Source of the DNA: an uncultured delta proteobacterium
GTDB taxonomy: Bacteria > Bdellovibrionota > FAC87 > UBA2466
NCBI GenBank assembly: GCA_963778115.1
Contig: CAVZSV010000004.1
Coordinates: 448,001 to 512,000 of the forward strand
Length of the DNA: 64,000 nucleotides
Reading direction: 5' to 3'
The notes beneath the pieces were generated by a model. The model saw only the letters and a list, made by a program, of their open reading frames with translations, made no database searches and had not been told where the DNA came from. Positions 39,803 through 48,730 of this stretch are shown in pieces. Position 1 is the first letter of the stretch, and each line of letters opens with the position of its first letter. The position numbers and the translations under genes were made by a program.

Positions 39803-41116
39803 TTATTTACTCACCGCCAGAGCTTCCCGATCCACTAGCTTTCCATCCATGAACACCCATTCGATGGTCTGAGTGTTTTCAATATCATTCAGGGGGGAAG
39901 CCTTCAAAACCACGAGGTCTGCCTTGTCTCCTACATTAATTCCAAGGGGGCGCTTGAAAAATTTCTTGGGCAGCGACGTCGCGGCCTGAAGGACCGACCA
40001 ATTGTCGATCCCGGCTTTCGCGAACATCGCCATTTCACGATGGACCGAATACCCTTGAAAGACTCCAATGTCTCCCGAATCGGTTCCCGTCATTAAGGGA
40101 ATTCCAGCATCAAATAATTTTTTTAGCGTTCGGTAGTAATTGTCTCGCCCCTTAATTTGCCACAAGAGCATCCGCTGTGTGAAAGGCCCGTTGGGGTTCA
40201 TCGTTCGATAAGACTGCATTAACTCTTTAGTAATACTTCTCTCAAGCAGGGGCGAGTTGAGAAGGCTCCGGTTTTCTAAGATATTGAGAAGATCCTGTTG
40301 GTACGTCATGGTGGGGATCTCCCAAATCTTGTGGGCCACCATCGACTTGACCAAGCTATCTGGGATATCCGATTCATACAGATGGGTGATAATCGTGGCA
40401 CCCGCGTCGACCGCCTCCGCGGCATCTTGCCAGGTCCCGATGTGAACCACCGTGCGAAAGCCCAGTTTCTTAGCTTCCGAGATAATCGCCGCCATGGTTG
40501 GCCTGTCGAGAGATTTGTAGTTGCGAGCATGATCGTAAGCGATCTTGATGACGTCGGGTTTCTCTTTGGCGAGTTCTCGCACCTGAATTCGCGCTTGTTC
40601 GGGGGTATCCATCGTGCGCGTTGGCATTCCAAGATCCGTCCCGTGTCCGTCGGTGCATGTCATCATGGGCCCGGCCGCATACAGCCTCGCCCCTTCCGGA
40701 TGTCTGGCGGCACGATAAGCAAAAAGCGCCTTTTCCTCTCCAAAGAGATCTAAAAAAGCGGTAACTCCGTTATAGAGCATCCGCTTTGCGACATCGTTGG
40801 TGGTAAGGGTCTCCCTCACGGAACCAGGACCTGGGTTTCCCAAAGTGGAATGGTCATGCATGTCCGTAAAACCAGGAACAATAAAACGGCCAGAGAGATC
40901 AAAGATCTTCCCTCTGAAATTCTTGGGAGCCGCATTGGGCTTCAAGGATTTAATCACACCCTTTTGAATCCAAATTTCAGCTTTTTGACTCGTCTTGTGA
41001 GCGGGATCCAGAAGCACGAAATTCTTAAGCAGATAATTGGCATCGGCCGCCGAAACGAGCCGTGGAAATCCGAAAAGGAAAATTAAGGTTAAGGATATTC
41101 TAATTGCAGTGCGCAT
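39803..41116 (-). CDS. Exported metal-dependent amidohydrolase
   Basis: PGFTDMHDH, GVT, VVH, ITH, GTDSG, ADLVVL; signal peptide. Confidence 0.92.
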   Translation of the reverse strand: MRTAIRISLTLIFLFGFPRLVSAADANYLLKNFVLLDPAHKTSQKAEIWIQKGVIKSLKPNAAPKNFRGKIFDLSGRFIVPGFTDMHDHSTLGNPGPGSVRETLTTNDVAKRMLYNGVTAFLDLFGEEKALFAYRAARHPEGARLYAAGPMMTCTDGHGTDLGMPTRTMDTPEQARIQVRELAKEKPDVIKIAYDHARNYKSLDRPTMAAIISEAKKLGFRTVVHIGTWQDAAEAVDAGATIITHLYESDIPDSLVKSMVAHKIWEIPTMTYQQDLLNILENRSLLNSPLLERSITKELMQSYRTMNPNGPFTQRMLLWQIKGRDNYYRTLKKLFDAGIPLMTGTDSGDIGVFQGYSVHREMAMFAKAGIDNWSVLQAATSLPKKFFKRPLGINVGDKADLVVLKASPLNDIENTQTIEWVFMDGKLVDREALAVSK

Positions 41117-41153
41117 AACGAAGATTCTACCCCAATCCCGCCTCAGAATAAAC

Positions 41154-41191
41154 GACGGCCCGAAAGAACCAGGGGTTCTCGCCGGGCCGTC
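41154..41191 (-). terminator. Hairpin downstream of the beta-barrel gene
   Basis: GACGGCCCG ... CGGGCCGTC inverted repeat followed by a short T-rich run on the minus strand. Confidence 0.55.
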
Positions 41192-41210
41192 CGAAAAGTT
41201 AATGAATCTG

Positions 41211-42137
41211 TTACAACGTTGTCGTAAAGACGAACTGCACGGTGCTGACTTTGAAAGCGTCGCCGATCGTAAACCCGCTGAAATCGGGTTTCACCATGTT
41301 GCCGCTGATGTAAGCCAGCCCCAAGGTGAAATTATCCGTAACGGCATAATCCAGTTCCGGCCAGATATAGAGCAAGTAATTCCATGCTCCACTTTGAGCT
41401 GTCGTTCCATACTCACGATATTTGGTCTGGTACAGCAAGATCGGGAAGTCCAAGCTCCACTTCTGTGAAAATTGGATATCAGTTACGAAATAATATCGAT
41501 TTTCATAAGCAGGATTCGGTCCGAAAGCAGCCGTCCCGGGAACACCGAAGATATCGGGCATGAGCACCAACACGCCAGTAAACGTTAGCGCGTCATTGGC
41601 TTTCTTAATTAATTTGAACGCATTGTAGAAGCGAGTGATATTCCCAGCACTGGCATCCGCAAAAAGAGTGGGAGCGTAAACGCGGCTCTCATAATTAAAA
41701 GAGAGGGTTTTGTCCTCCGACTCCCAGATCTTATTGACCCGAGTTCTTAGAAAGCCTTGATCCCAAATGGCGTTAAGGCCATAAGCCTTTTGGCCGTAGA
41801 GCAAGGTATGATCGATATTGGTATCGAATCCCTGGTACCAGCTGATGAGAAGCTTAGGGTTGATCTGGTAGCCTAGCTGCAAAAAATTCGAAGTATCGTA
41901 AGCGGCGTTGTTGGGATAGTACTCCGCCCGTAAATCGATCGTGCCAAAGAATTTACTCTTGGGAGGGCCAGCCGGGGTTACCGATTCCATGGTGGTTCCG
42001 CCCGAGGCGGCCGGTGCAGAAAGCGTTGTTGACGCATCTTCTCCCCAGCCAACCCCGGAATAAGCGGCTCCCATAGCCATTACCGCCACTACGGCTAGGT
42101 AGCTTCGGGTACTCAAACCTCTTTTTCTGACTCTCAT
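41211..42137 (-). CDS. Predicted outer-membrane beta-barrel protein of unknown function
   Basis: Signal peptide from ATG 42137 (purine-rich SD); aromatic-rich amphipathic strands. Confidence 0.75.
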   Translation of the reverse strand: MRVRKRGLSTRSYLAVVAVMAMGAAYSGVGWGEDASTTLSAPAASGGTTMESVTPAGPPKSKFFGTIDLRAEYYPNNAAYDTSNFLQLGYQINPKLLISWYQGFDTNIDHTLLYGQKAYGLNAIWDQGFLRTRVNKIWESEDKTLSFNYESRVYAPTLFADASAGNITRFYNAFKLIKKANDALTFTGVLVLMPDIFGVPGTAAFGPNPAYENRYYFVTDIQFSQKWSLDFPILLYQTKYREYGTTAQSGAWNYLLYIWPELDYAVTDNFTLGLAYISGNMVKPDFSGFTIGDAFKVSTVQFVFTTTL

Positions 42138-42214
42138 TTCTCTCCCCCTTACTTGATTAACCAAAAGTTGGATTGTGAAGCGCTGCTTCTTACTCATCCT
42201 TAACACAAACCTAA

Positions 42215-42231
42215 AGCAAGTTTCCTGCCAA
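42215..42231 (-). promoter_or_regulatory. Sigma54 promoter
   Basis: Minus strand TTGGCAGGAAACTTGCT (GG-N10-GC). Confidence 0.75.
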
Positions 42232-42395
42232 AGATGTTTTGGAGATGGAGCAGCCTAAGTAACTTAAATAGAGACGCTTTTTTACGGTGAGTTGGTGTCT
42301 TTTTGGCCCTGGCATGGCCCCAGTGGCCCCCACACCGACAGGAGTTGGGCTAAATTCCGCCCTGTCTTTGAGAGGGGGATAGTGGAGATCGTGGC

Positions 42396-42427
42396 AAAAA
42401 AAAGCCCGGGCTAGCTACCCGGGCTTT
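42396..42427 (-). terminator. Rho-independent terminator after the copper storage gene
   Basis: Minus strand AAAGCCCGGG-tagctag-CCCGGGCTTTTTTTT. Confidence 0.85.
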
Positions 42428-42451
42428 CGCTTCTACAGACTAAATTCAATC

Positions 42452-42883
42452 TTAGGCGCTGACTTTGGCACACTCAGAAGCGCACTTCGCACAACTCTCA
42501 GCGCAGTTCTTACAAATCGCATGATGGGATTCATGAACGCGACACGCCTTTTCGCACGCTTTGCAGGCGTCGCCGCAAAGAGCGGCCACTTTGGCAAGAT
42601 AGGGGGAGCGTTGGGCGGCAAGCTCGCCGAGTGCCCGACACAGGGTAAGCATCTCAGCCACACTCTTCGCACAGTCGGCCATGGACTTGTCACCAGCCGA
42701 AAGCAGATCCAAGCAGTGCTGCTGACAGATCTCCCCGGTTTTTACGCAGTTTAGTGCTGCTTCAATTAAAGCCTCTCGATTATCCGAACTTGCCCCTTTG
42801 GTTGCGGCCGCGGAGGCCGTGGATTTCAAAATACCCGTCGCCAAAATACCAGCCCCTGCCATTATCACTTCTCGTCGAGTCAT
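42452..42883 (-). CDS. Tat-exported four-helix-bundle copper storage protein (Csp1/Csp2-like, DUF326)
   Basis: MTRRE twin-arginine signal; repeated CxxxC/CxxC motifs; HESHHAICKNCAESCAKCASEC. Confidence 0.92.
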   Translation of the reverse strand: MTRREVIMAGAGILATGILKSTASAAATKGASSDNREALIEAALNCVKTGEICQQHCLDLLSAGDKSMADCAKSVAEMLTLCRALGELAAQRSPYLAKVAALCGDACKACEKACRVHESHHAICKNCAESCAKCASECAKVSA

Positions 42884-42979
42884 CGGTGTGTTCTCCTAAA
42901 AATAGAGTTAAGGGCTCTATTCTCACCTCTCGGTTGTCGAGTGTCGATAAGAAATGAAAGTCCAAAAATAGCCAGCCGC

Positions 42980-43621
42980 CTACTTAACTTCGAATACGAT
43001 ACGAAGCCGTATCTTGGCGTCGATAGGGTTATGATTGTCTTCGGCGGGACGAAACTGCCAGAGTTTGGCCGTGTTTAATGCGATGGCATCGAGTTCTTCG
43101 TTGCCACTACTCGCCAGAAGTCGAGTCGTCGCGACTCCCCGGCTATTCACTAAGAACTCAATGACCACGGAAGCGTTTAGCTCTTCGTTTTGCAGATAGG
43201 AAGGAATCACTGGGGCTGGAGTATAAAAGGCGACCGGTCCGTGAGTCGCAGGCAAGGTTTGATCGTTTTGGCTGCGGGTTTGGTTGGTTTCTTCAAGCGG
43301 GGTCTCTCCCGCTTTGGCCTTGCGTCCTTTGCCCACTTCTTTGCTGATGGTCGCTTCTTTCGCGGCACGAATGGGCGAAGGCGTTTGCGAAACGAGATGG
43401 GTCTGTGTCGGCATCGTAACGACTTGGGCTTCGACGAAATGGCTCTCATCAATTCCGGTATTGTTAGAGGGATGGACCATCCAGTGTTCGGTGGTACCGG
43501 CTAAAATGAGAGCCACCATTTCAATGAGCAGAGCGGCCAGCGCGCAATAGGACAATACCTTCCATTCAGAGCTGGAGTCATCGGCACTCTTATTCATTAC
43601 GGTAAGGGGAAGCGGCTTCAT
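42980..43621 (-). CDS. tonB: TonB family energy transducer
   Basis: N-terminal TM; C-domain SSGNEELD..A....WQFRPA. Confidence 0.88.
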   Translation of the reverse strand: MKPLPLTVMNKSADDSSSEWKVLSYCALAALLIEMVALILAGTTEHWMVHPSNNTGIDESHFVEAQVVTMPTQTHLVSQTPSPIRAAKEATISKEVGKGRKAKAGETPLEETNQTRSQNDQTLPATHGPVAFYTPAPVIPSYLQNEELNASVVIEFLVNSRGVATTRLLASSGNEELDAIALNTAKLWQFRPAEDNHNPIDAKIRLRIVFEVK

Positions 43622-44028
43622 TTGGCCTTTGTCGCCTCGGTGGCAAGCGCAAATTTCCTGACCCCGATCTGGCGGGCGGCATCCATCACTTTAACTACGA
43701 GCCCATAATTGGTCCCTTCGTCAGCATTCACCACCACGATGTCTTGAGTATCGTGGTGCATCTCATAGGCGAGCTGACTTCCTAGAGATTCCAAGGTGAC
43801 CGGGGTCTTATTGAGAAAGACCGCTCCGTCTTTTTTAATGGTCAGAATAATGTCTTGTTTAAGCGCTTCGGGGCTAGAGGAGGTCTTGGGCAAAGCCACG
43901 GGCATGCTATTGATCTTTGTCATCGCCAAAGAAGAGACCATGAAAAAAACCAGCAAGAAGAAAATAACATCGATCATCGGAATGATTTCGATACGGGCTC
44001 GCTTGACCGTTCTTCGTCGAATATTCAT
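43618..44028 (-). CDS. exbD: ExbD/TolR family protein
   Basis: IIPMIDVIFFLLVFFM and AD...YG.VV.VMD. Confidence 0.95.
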   Translation of the reverse strand: MNIRRRTVKRARIEIIPMIDVIFFLLVFFMVSSLAMTKINSMPVALPKTSSSPEALKQDIILTIKKDGAVFLNKTPVTLESLGSQLAYEMHHDTQDIVVVNADEGTNYGLVVKVMDAARQIGVRKFALATEATKAK

Positions 44029-44029
44029 G

Positions 44030-44668
44030 TTATTTCCCGTTCAGCCGATGTATGGCCATCCGAGCTTCCACCAGCCTGGAGCCGGCACCTTCCAAGTCGT
44101 AAATGAAATTTTTCACCCGCGCGGTAATGTAATTGTAGGCGACCAAACAAAATAGAGCGATGACTAGACCCGTAGCTGTCGCGATAAGAGCTTCAGCGAC
44201 TCCTCCTGTGATCGCATGGGGCTCGTTAACTCCCTTTTCGGAGAGGACCTGGAAGGAAGCCATCATTCCGGTAATGGTCCCCAATAAGCCCATCAAGGGG
44301 GCTGCCGTTATGATCGTATCGATCACATCTACCCGTCGTTCTAACTTTGGTAGCCAGGACTCGGCGGTATTTTTCATTGCAAGCTCCATCTCGGCCAAGG
44401 GGCTATTGAGATGGACCAGCCCTGCCGCCAAGACATCTTCCACCGGTGTCGAACGAGCCGCACAAGCTTGGGAGGCCTCTTGCACTTTGCCCGTGCGCAC
44501 GTCGCCGAGGACCCTCTCTAAAAGCCCCGCGGGTGCTTTGAATTTTTTCTGGAGAACCAGAATTCTTTCTAAAATGACCGTAAGGCCGATGAGGGCCGCA
44601 ATAAGGAGCGGGTACATCATGAACCCGCCCCGCAAAATAAACTCAAGACCGGCGACAAATGAGTGCAT
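44030..44668 (-). CDS. exbB: ExbB/TolQ family proton channel
   Basis: GGFMMYPL, APLMGLLGTITGM, GVAEALIATATGL. Confidence 0.95.
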   Translation of the reverse strand: MHSFVAGLEFILRGGFMMYPLLIAALIGLTVILERILVLQKKFKAPAGLLERVLGDVRTGKVQEASQACAARSTPVEDVLAAGLVHLNSPLAEMELAMKNTAESWLPKLERRVDVIDTIITAAPLMGLLGTITGMMASFQVLSEKGVNEPHAITGGVAEALIATATGLVIALFCLVAYNYITARVKNFIYDLEGAGSRLVEARMAIHRLNGK

Positions 44669-44780
44669 GCTTTTCTTTCCTAAGTCGATGAATAATGAAT
44701 TAAGGCGATCAGAATTCGATCTCCTCAAGCCGCAAATAATCTAAAAGGATTCTGAGGATTTGTCACGCGGACCTAAATCT

Positions 44781-45785
44781 TTAAGGAGAGACCTGAGCGT
44801 CAAACCACGTTTGGCAATAACTAACGCTGCAACTGGAGTGGCTGATGTTGGGATAGGATTGAAAGGTACAGCTGTAACCCCCGTAGGAGCTGATAAGACC
44901 GCAGAAGGTGTTAATTCCTATAGCGGGAACGACATCTTCGGTGCAAGGATCTAGCCCACTCCCGCATTCGCCCAAATTCCAGTTGGTGATGGCAAGAGTG
45001 GTGGGAGAGACGTTAATGACACTATCGGTGTCCACGTCTGAGCTATGAGCAGGGCTGCACGGGCACGGTCCCACTCCACAATCGTGACCGCCCAAATAGA
45101 GACTTCCGGTATAGCGCCCTACTACGACGCCGTGAGGCAAAGTGGCCGCCGGATCCGTAGCTTCGCAACCGTTGGCGCCTGCAAAGCTATCCATACCCGG
45201 AATATCGTAGATCCCTTCGAATAAGCAGGCCGCGGTTCCCGCAGTCCCCTGCCAAGAGGTTTGGGTGAAATCGGTCGTACGAGCCATGCTCACCACCGGA
45301 GATGTCGCGCCGTGCCCCATTCCCGCGTAAAAAAGATACTCTCCGCTCCAGTTGGCCGCTAACGTCGTATCGGTGGTAATCGCCGTTATCAGAGCACTCA
45401 CCCTGCTTTCGTCTTTATTATACGGATAGGTCGTCGCTCCCGCGTAAGTTTCGTAGAGGTTGGCGCAAACCGCGACATAACTATCTAATGCGTAAGTGGA
45501 CAATGCCGTCGTATCGCATGTCATGTTGTCATCGGAAAAAGAGATAAGCAATTTTCGACAGCCGTGGCTCGCACAGAGGGTGGAGTCATAAGCGTAGCGG
45601 TAACTACAGTTTTCAGAACCCGTCCCTAAGCTGGAACAACTTACCGGAACGGTTCCCGTAATGACGCCAGCCGCCGTAGAGGAGGACTTACTCTTAGAAC
45701 AGTTATTGATGGACAGAAAAGTGAGGAACATCGACAAAACGATGGCAAAGTACCCCACGGAGCGTGCGTGTTGTCGTTTCATCAA
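44781..45785 (-). CDS. Cys-rich putative lipoprotein, possibly alpha/beta hydrolase fold
   Basis: Signal ending INNC; GMGHGA elbow-like segment, EDVVP, C-terminal HSSC. Confidence 0.6.
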   Translation of the reverse strand: MMKRQHARSVGYFAIVLSMFLTFLSINNCSKSKSSSTAAGVITGTVPVSCSSLGTGSENCSYRYAYDSTLCASHGCRKLLISFSDDNMTCDTTALSTYALDSYVAVCANLYETYAGATTYPYNKDESRVSALITAITTDTTLAANWSGEYLFYAGMGHGATSPVVSMARTTDFTQTSWQGTAGTAACLFEGIYDIPGMDSFAGANGCEATDPAATLPHGVVVGRYTGSLYLGGHDCGVGPCPCSPAHSSDVDTDSVINVSPTTLAITNWNLGECGSGLDPCTEDVVPAIGINTFCGLISSYGGYSCTFQSYPNISHSSCSVSYCQTWFDAQVSP

Positions 45786-45826
45786 CTTAGATTGTAACGC
45801 AGGTTAACGAAAAACAGCAGCTAAGT

Positions 45827-46297
45827 TTAAGCTTGGTTCCAAGGCATTTTGCTAAGCAGTGTCGCCATAGCGCAAGTATCGGTAACGGCGGAAAAGATAA
45901 GCCCCGCGCCCACGAAAAGACTAAGCCAGAGGAAAGCCGGGTGCACCAACAGACTTGCCGTCAATCCGCCAACCACGAGAGATCCCGCGACAAACCTTAC
46001 TTGGCGATCGAGGGCCCACGTGTTCTTCATTCCTTTCTCAATAGCTAGTCCTTGCGCTTTCCACGCTTCGATTCCCCCTTCAAGGACTGAAGCGTTTTTA
46101 AATCCGCGCTTTTCCAATTCGGCCAACGCACGTTTCGCACGGTTTCCGCTGCGACAAACGATGACGAGGGGTTTGCTTCAATCCAAGGAATCCGAAAGCA
46201 TTTCAAGTTGAGACAGGGGCAAAGAACGGGCACCCGGAATTCGCTCGGTGGCGAACTCCGCGGGCTCCCGGACATCAATGTAGTGAGCGTCTATCAC
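45827..46297 (-). pseudogene. Rhodanese plus DUF2892 (YgaP-like) gene with an in-frame TGA
   Basis: From GTG 46297: MIDAHYIDVREPAEFATERIPGA...SLD*SKPLVIVCRSGNRA...LEGGIEAW...RQVR...TDTCAM; TGA at 46178-46180. Confidence 0.85.
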
Positions 46298-46349
46298 GAA
46301 GGGACCTTAGCAGGTTAGGAAATTGGCTTCAAGAAAGTCTTGTGAAAGG

Positions 46350-46389
46350 GGTGTCACTCAGCCTTTCGCAGAAACGACTGAGTGACACC
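46350..46389. other. Strong intergenic hairpin
   Basis: GGTGTCACTCAG ... CTGAGTGACACC, a perfect 12-bp inverted repeat. Confidence 0.7.
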
Positions 46390-46441
46390 ATGAGTGGTGA
46401 CTGAAGAATTTGGCAAGAACCGTTCTTCTTTTTCGGTTTCT

Positions 46442-46528
46442 TTAAACTAACGTCACAGCGGAAACCAACAGTGCGAGAAGAATCACATTCAGGATTTGAA
46501 AAATCATGTCAGTGCGTTTCTTATCCAT
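46442..46528 (-). CDS. Possible 28-aa single-TM small protein
   Basis: MDKKRTDMIFQILNVILLALLVSAVTLV; no clear SD. Confidence 0.35.
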   Translation of the reverse strand: MDKKRTDMIFQILNVILLALLVSAVTLV

Positions 46529-46702
46529 GGGTCTGAGATTAAAACGATAAGAAAAAAGCTACTTGAATTAACGGCATTAGTATTAACGGCCGTTAAGACG
46601 AGGTATTAGAAAAAAGTGCTTCGTCCTAAACTGCCACGTCGCCCTCTGAGCAACTCGTAATGATAGAAGTTTGGCTGCCATGGGGGGGGGAAACCGGTGT
46701 CG

Positions 46703-47605
46703 TTACTCTTCCTCCCCCAAATACAACAATGCCCGATAGAGTTTAAAGCTCGCAATAAGATCATCCATCGTAAACTGAACGGTCCTGGGCCCTACTCTTT
46801 TTAAGTAAGGCAATAACATCGCACTATCTGCTTGAGTGGTATGGAAGTACGTCAGCTCCACCTGATAGGGAGGCTTTAGTTGATAGGGCAGCACCTGCTT
46901 TCTTTTCTTAATCGCCTCTTCCACCGTTTCCCGAATAAGCACATGCGCTCTTTCGGGAGAAAGAAGTTTCGCCGAAGTTCTCCCAATAGCCTCTTTCACC
47001 GAAGCGGTCCTCACTTCACTGCCTAATAATTCACGAGTTTGAGCCGACGTTGCATCATCTCCCGAGACAAAAACCACGGGGACGCCGTAATGGCCCGCCA
47101 CCCAAGCGTTTAATCCCAACTCCGGCATCTCTACTCCATTTACTTTCACCGCAAAAACCGTGGATGAAGCGTTAGTGTGATCTAGGACGGCGTTTTCAGT
47201 CCCCGAACGAGCGTGGTAACCAATAAAGAGAACGGCATCGAACGTACTATCTAATCCCTGCATCATGCCAAGGGGTTTTGGAGATCCTGAGATGAGAGTC
47301 GCTTTGGGATTAAGGTCACTCCAGAGCAAATTGCGCTGTCCTCCGTGCGCGTCGTTCACCACAATTTCCGTGGCTCCCGCTTTGACTGCCCCTTCGATAG
47401 CCGCATTGGTATCTTCCGCCATCCATTTCCGAGCGATGTCATAATCATGTCCGCTTTTTCCGGTTTGGTCCGTTTGAACCACGCCAGAAATTCCTTCCAT
47501 ATCCACCGATAAATAAATCTTAAGACCACGGGCCGACGCTGATTGCTCAATAGATAGCAGGCAAACCAAAGTTGCGATCGCAATCTTGGTGAATGAAACT
47601 TTCAT
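46703..47605 (-). CDS. dppA: M55 family D-aminopeptidase (DppA-like) with signal peptide
   Basis: IYLSVDMEG, VNDAHG, FIGYHA, LDHT, VSGDD; SD GGAGGGG before ATG 47605. Confidence 0.92.
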   Translation of the reverse strand: MKVSFTKIAIATLVCLLSIEQSASARGLKIYLSVDMEGISGVVQTDQTGKSGHDYDIARKWMAEDTNAAIEGAVKAGATEIVVNDAHGGQRNLLWSDLNPKATLISGSPKPLGMMQGLDSTFDAVLFIGYHARSGTENAVLDHTNASSTVFAVKVNGVEMPELGLNAWVAGHYGVPVVFVSGDDATSAQTRELLGSEVRTASVKEAIGRTSAKLLSPERAHVLIRETVEEAIKKRKQVLPYQLKPPYQVELTYFHTTQADSAMLLPYLKRVGPRTVQFTMDDLIASFKLYRALLYLGEEE

Positions 47606-47739
47606 CTCCCCTCCCCTTATTGACTTTAGCGCTCCCAGTAGTAGCACCCCCTTGAAAACTAGGCGAGCGACAAATGTGCGTCTTGACCAGCTGCCCAGTC
47701 GGACTTACTTTCGAAAGCGGCAGGAGAGGAAAAGGTCCC

Positions 47740-48723
47740 ATGCTAACTAAATTAGAATCCATGGCACGGATACCTTTGGCACAGCTTCCTACCCCCCTGG
47801 AATTAATGCCTCGCTTGGGAAAGGCACTGGGACTCCAAGAACTTTACGTGAAACGGGATGACCTCACCGGAACGGAGCTCGGAGGAAATAAAGCCAGAAA
47901 GCTTGAATATGAATTCGCACAAATCGTCCGCCAAAAATGCGATGTCGTCATCACCACGGGTGGCCCTCAATCCAATCACGCTCGCATTACAGCGGCATTC
48001 GCTCGAAAACTTGGAATTGAAACTAAACTGGTCTTGACCGGAGATCGACCCGCTGACAACCAGGGGAATCTTCTTTTGAATTCGATCTTAGGAGCGCAAA
48101 TTCGTTTCGTTCCTGAGTATCTGACGCCGGTTGAACTGAACGCTCAGATGGAAAAATGGAAAAATGAGCTATTGGAATCGGGACGTAACCCTTACCTTAT
48201 TCCTTTGGGAGCAAGTACCGGGCTCGGTGCTTTGGGTTATGTTCGAGCGATGTCGGAGCTGTTGCCCTTTTTCGGCCGTAAAGAGGTTCAGATCTTACTC
48301 GCCGTAGGATCGTGCGGAACTTTGGCCGGTGCCGTTTTAGGAGCCGAATTTTTCTTACCCTTCGCCCGAGTCATTGGAATTAGTGTGTCTCGCAAGAGTC
48401 GCGATATCGCCACGCGCACGATCGCCATCATGAAAGAGAGTTCAGAGTATCTGCACTGCTTAACGACTCTTAAAGAAGACGATCTTGAAATCTATGATGA
48501 TTACTATGGTGAATACGGAAAATTGACTCCTTCCGGAAAAGAAGCTCTCTTACTCGCGGGACGGACCGAGGGACTTTTGCTCGATCCTATTTATACCGCT
48601 AAGGCCATGGCGGGCCTTTGTGATTTAGCTCGCCGCGGAGTCTTGAAAAAGGAGGTCCCTACCGTCTTCGTACACACCGGAGGACTTCCGATTACTTTCG
48701 CGTTTTCAAAAGAGCTTTCCTAG
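47740..48723 (+). CDS. D-cysteine desulfhydrase / ACC deaminase family PLP enzyme
   Basis: KRDD, GGNKARKLE, QSNHAR, LDPIYTAK, HTGG. Confidence 0.93.
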   Translation: MLTKLESMARIPLAQLPTPLELMPRLGKALGLQELYVKRDDLTGTELGGNKARKLEYEFAQIVRQKCDVVITTGGPQSNHARITAAFARKLGIETKLVLTGDRPADNQGNLLLNSILGAQIRFVPEYLTPVELNAQMEKWKNELLESGRNPYLIPLGASTGLGALGYVRAMSELLPFFGRKEVQILLAVGSCGTLAGAVLGAEFFLPFARVIGISVSRKSRDIATRTIAIMKESSEYLHCLTTLKEDDLEIYDDYYGEYGKLTPSGKEALLLAGRTEGLLLDPIYTAKAMAGLCDLARRGVLKKEVPTVFVHTGGLPITFAFSKELS

Positions 48724-48730
48724 ACCCCGG

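Noticed and set aside
42980..44728. Agl/Glt gliding motor or Tol-Pal
   Set aside because: There is a single ExbD, a short TonB with no TPR or FHA domain, and no tolB or pal.
46178..46180. Selenocysteine or genetic-code reassignment of TGA
   Set aside because: The codon is not at the catalytic Cys position, and TGA ends other genes normally (13350, 31931, 39119).
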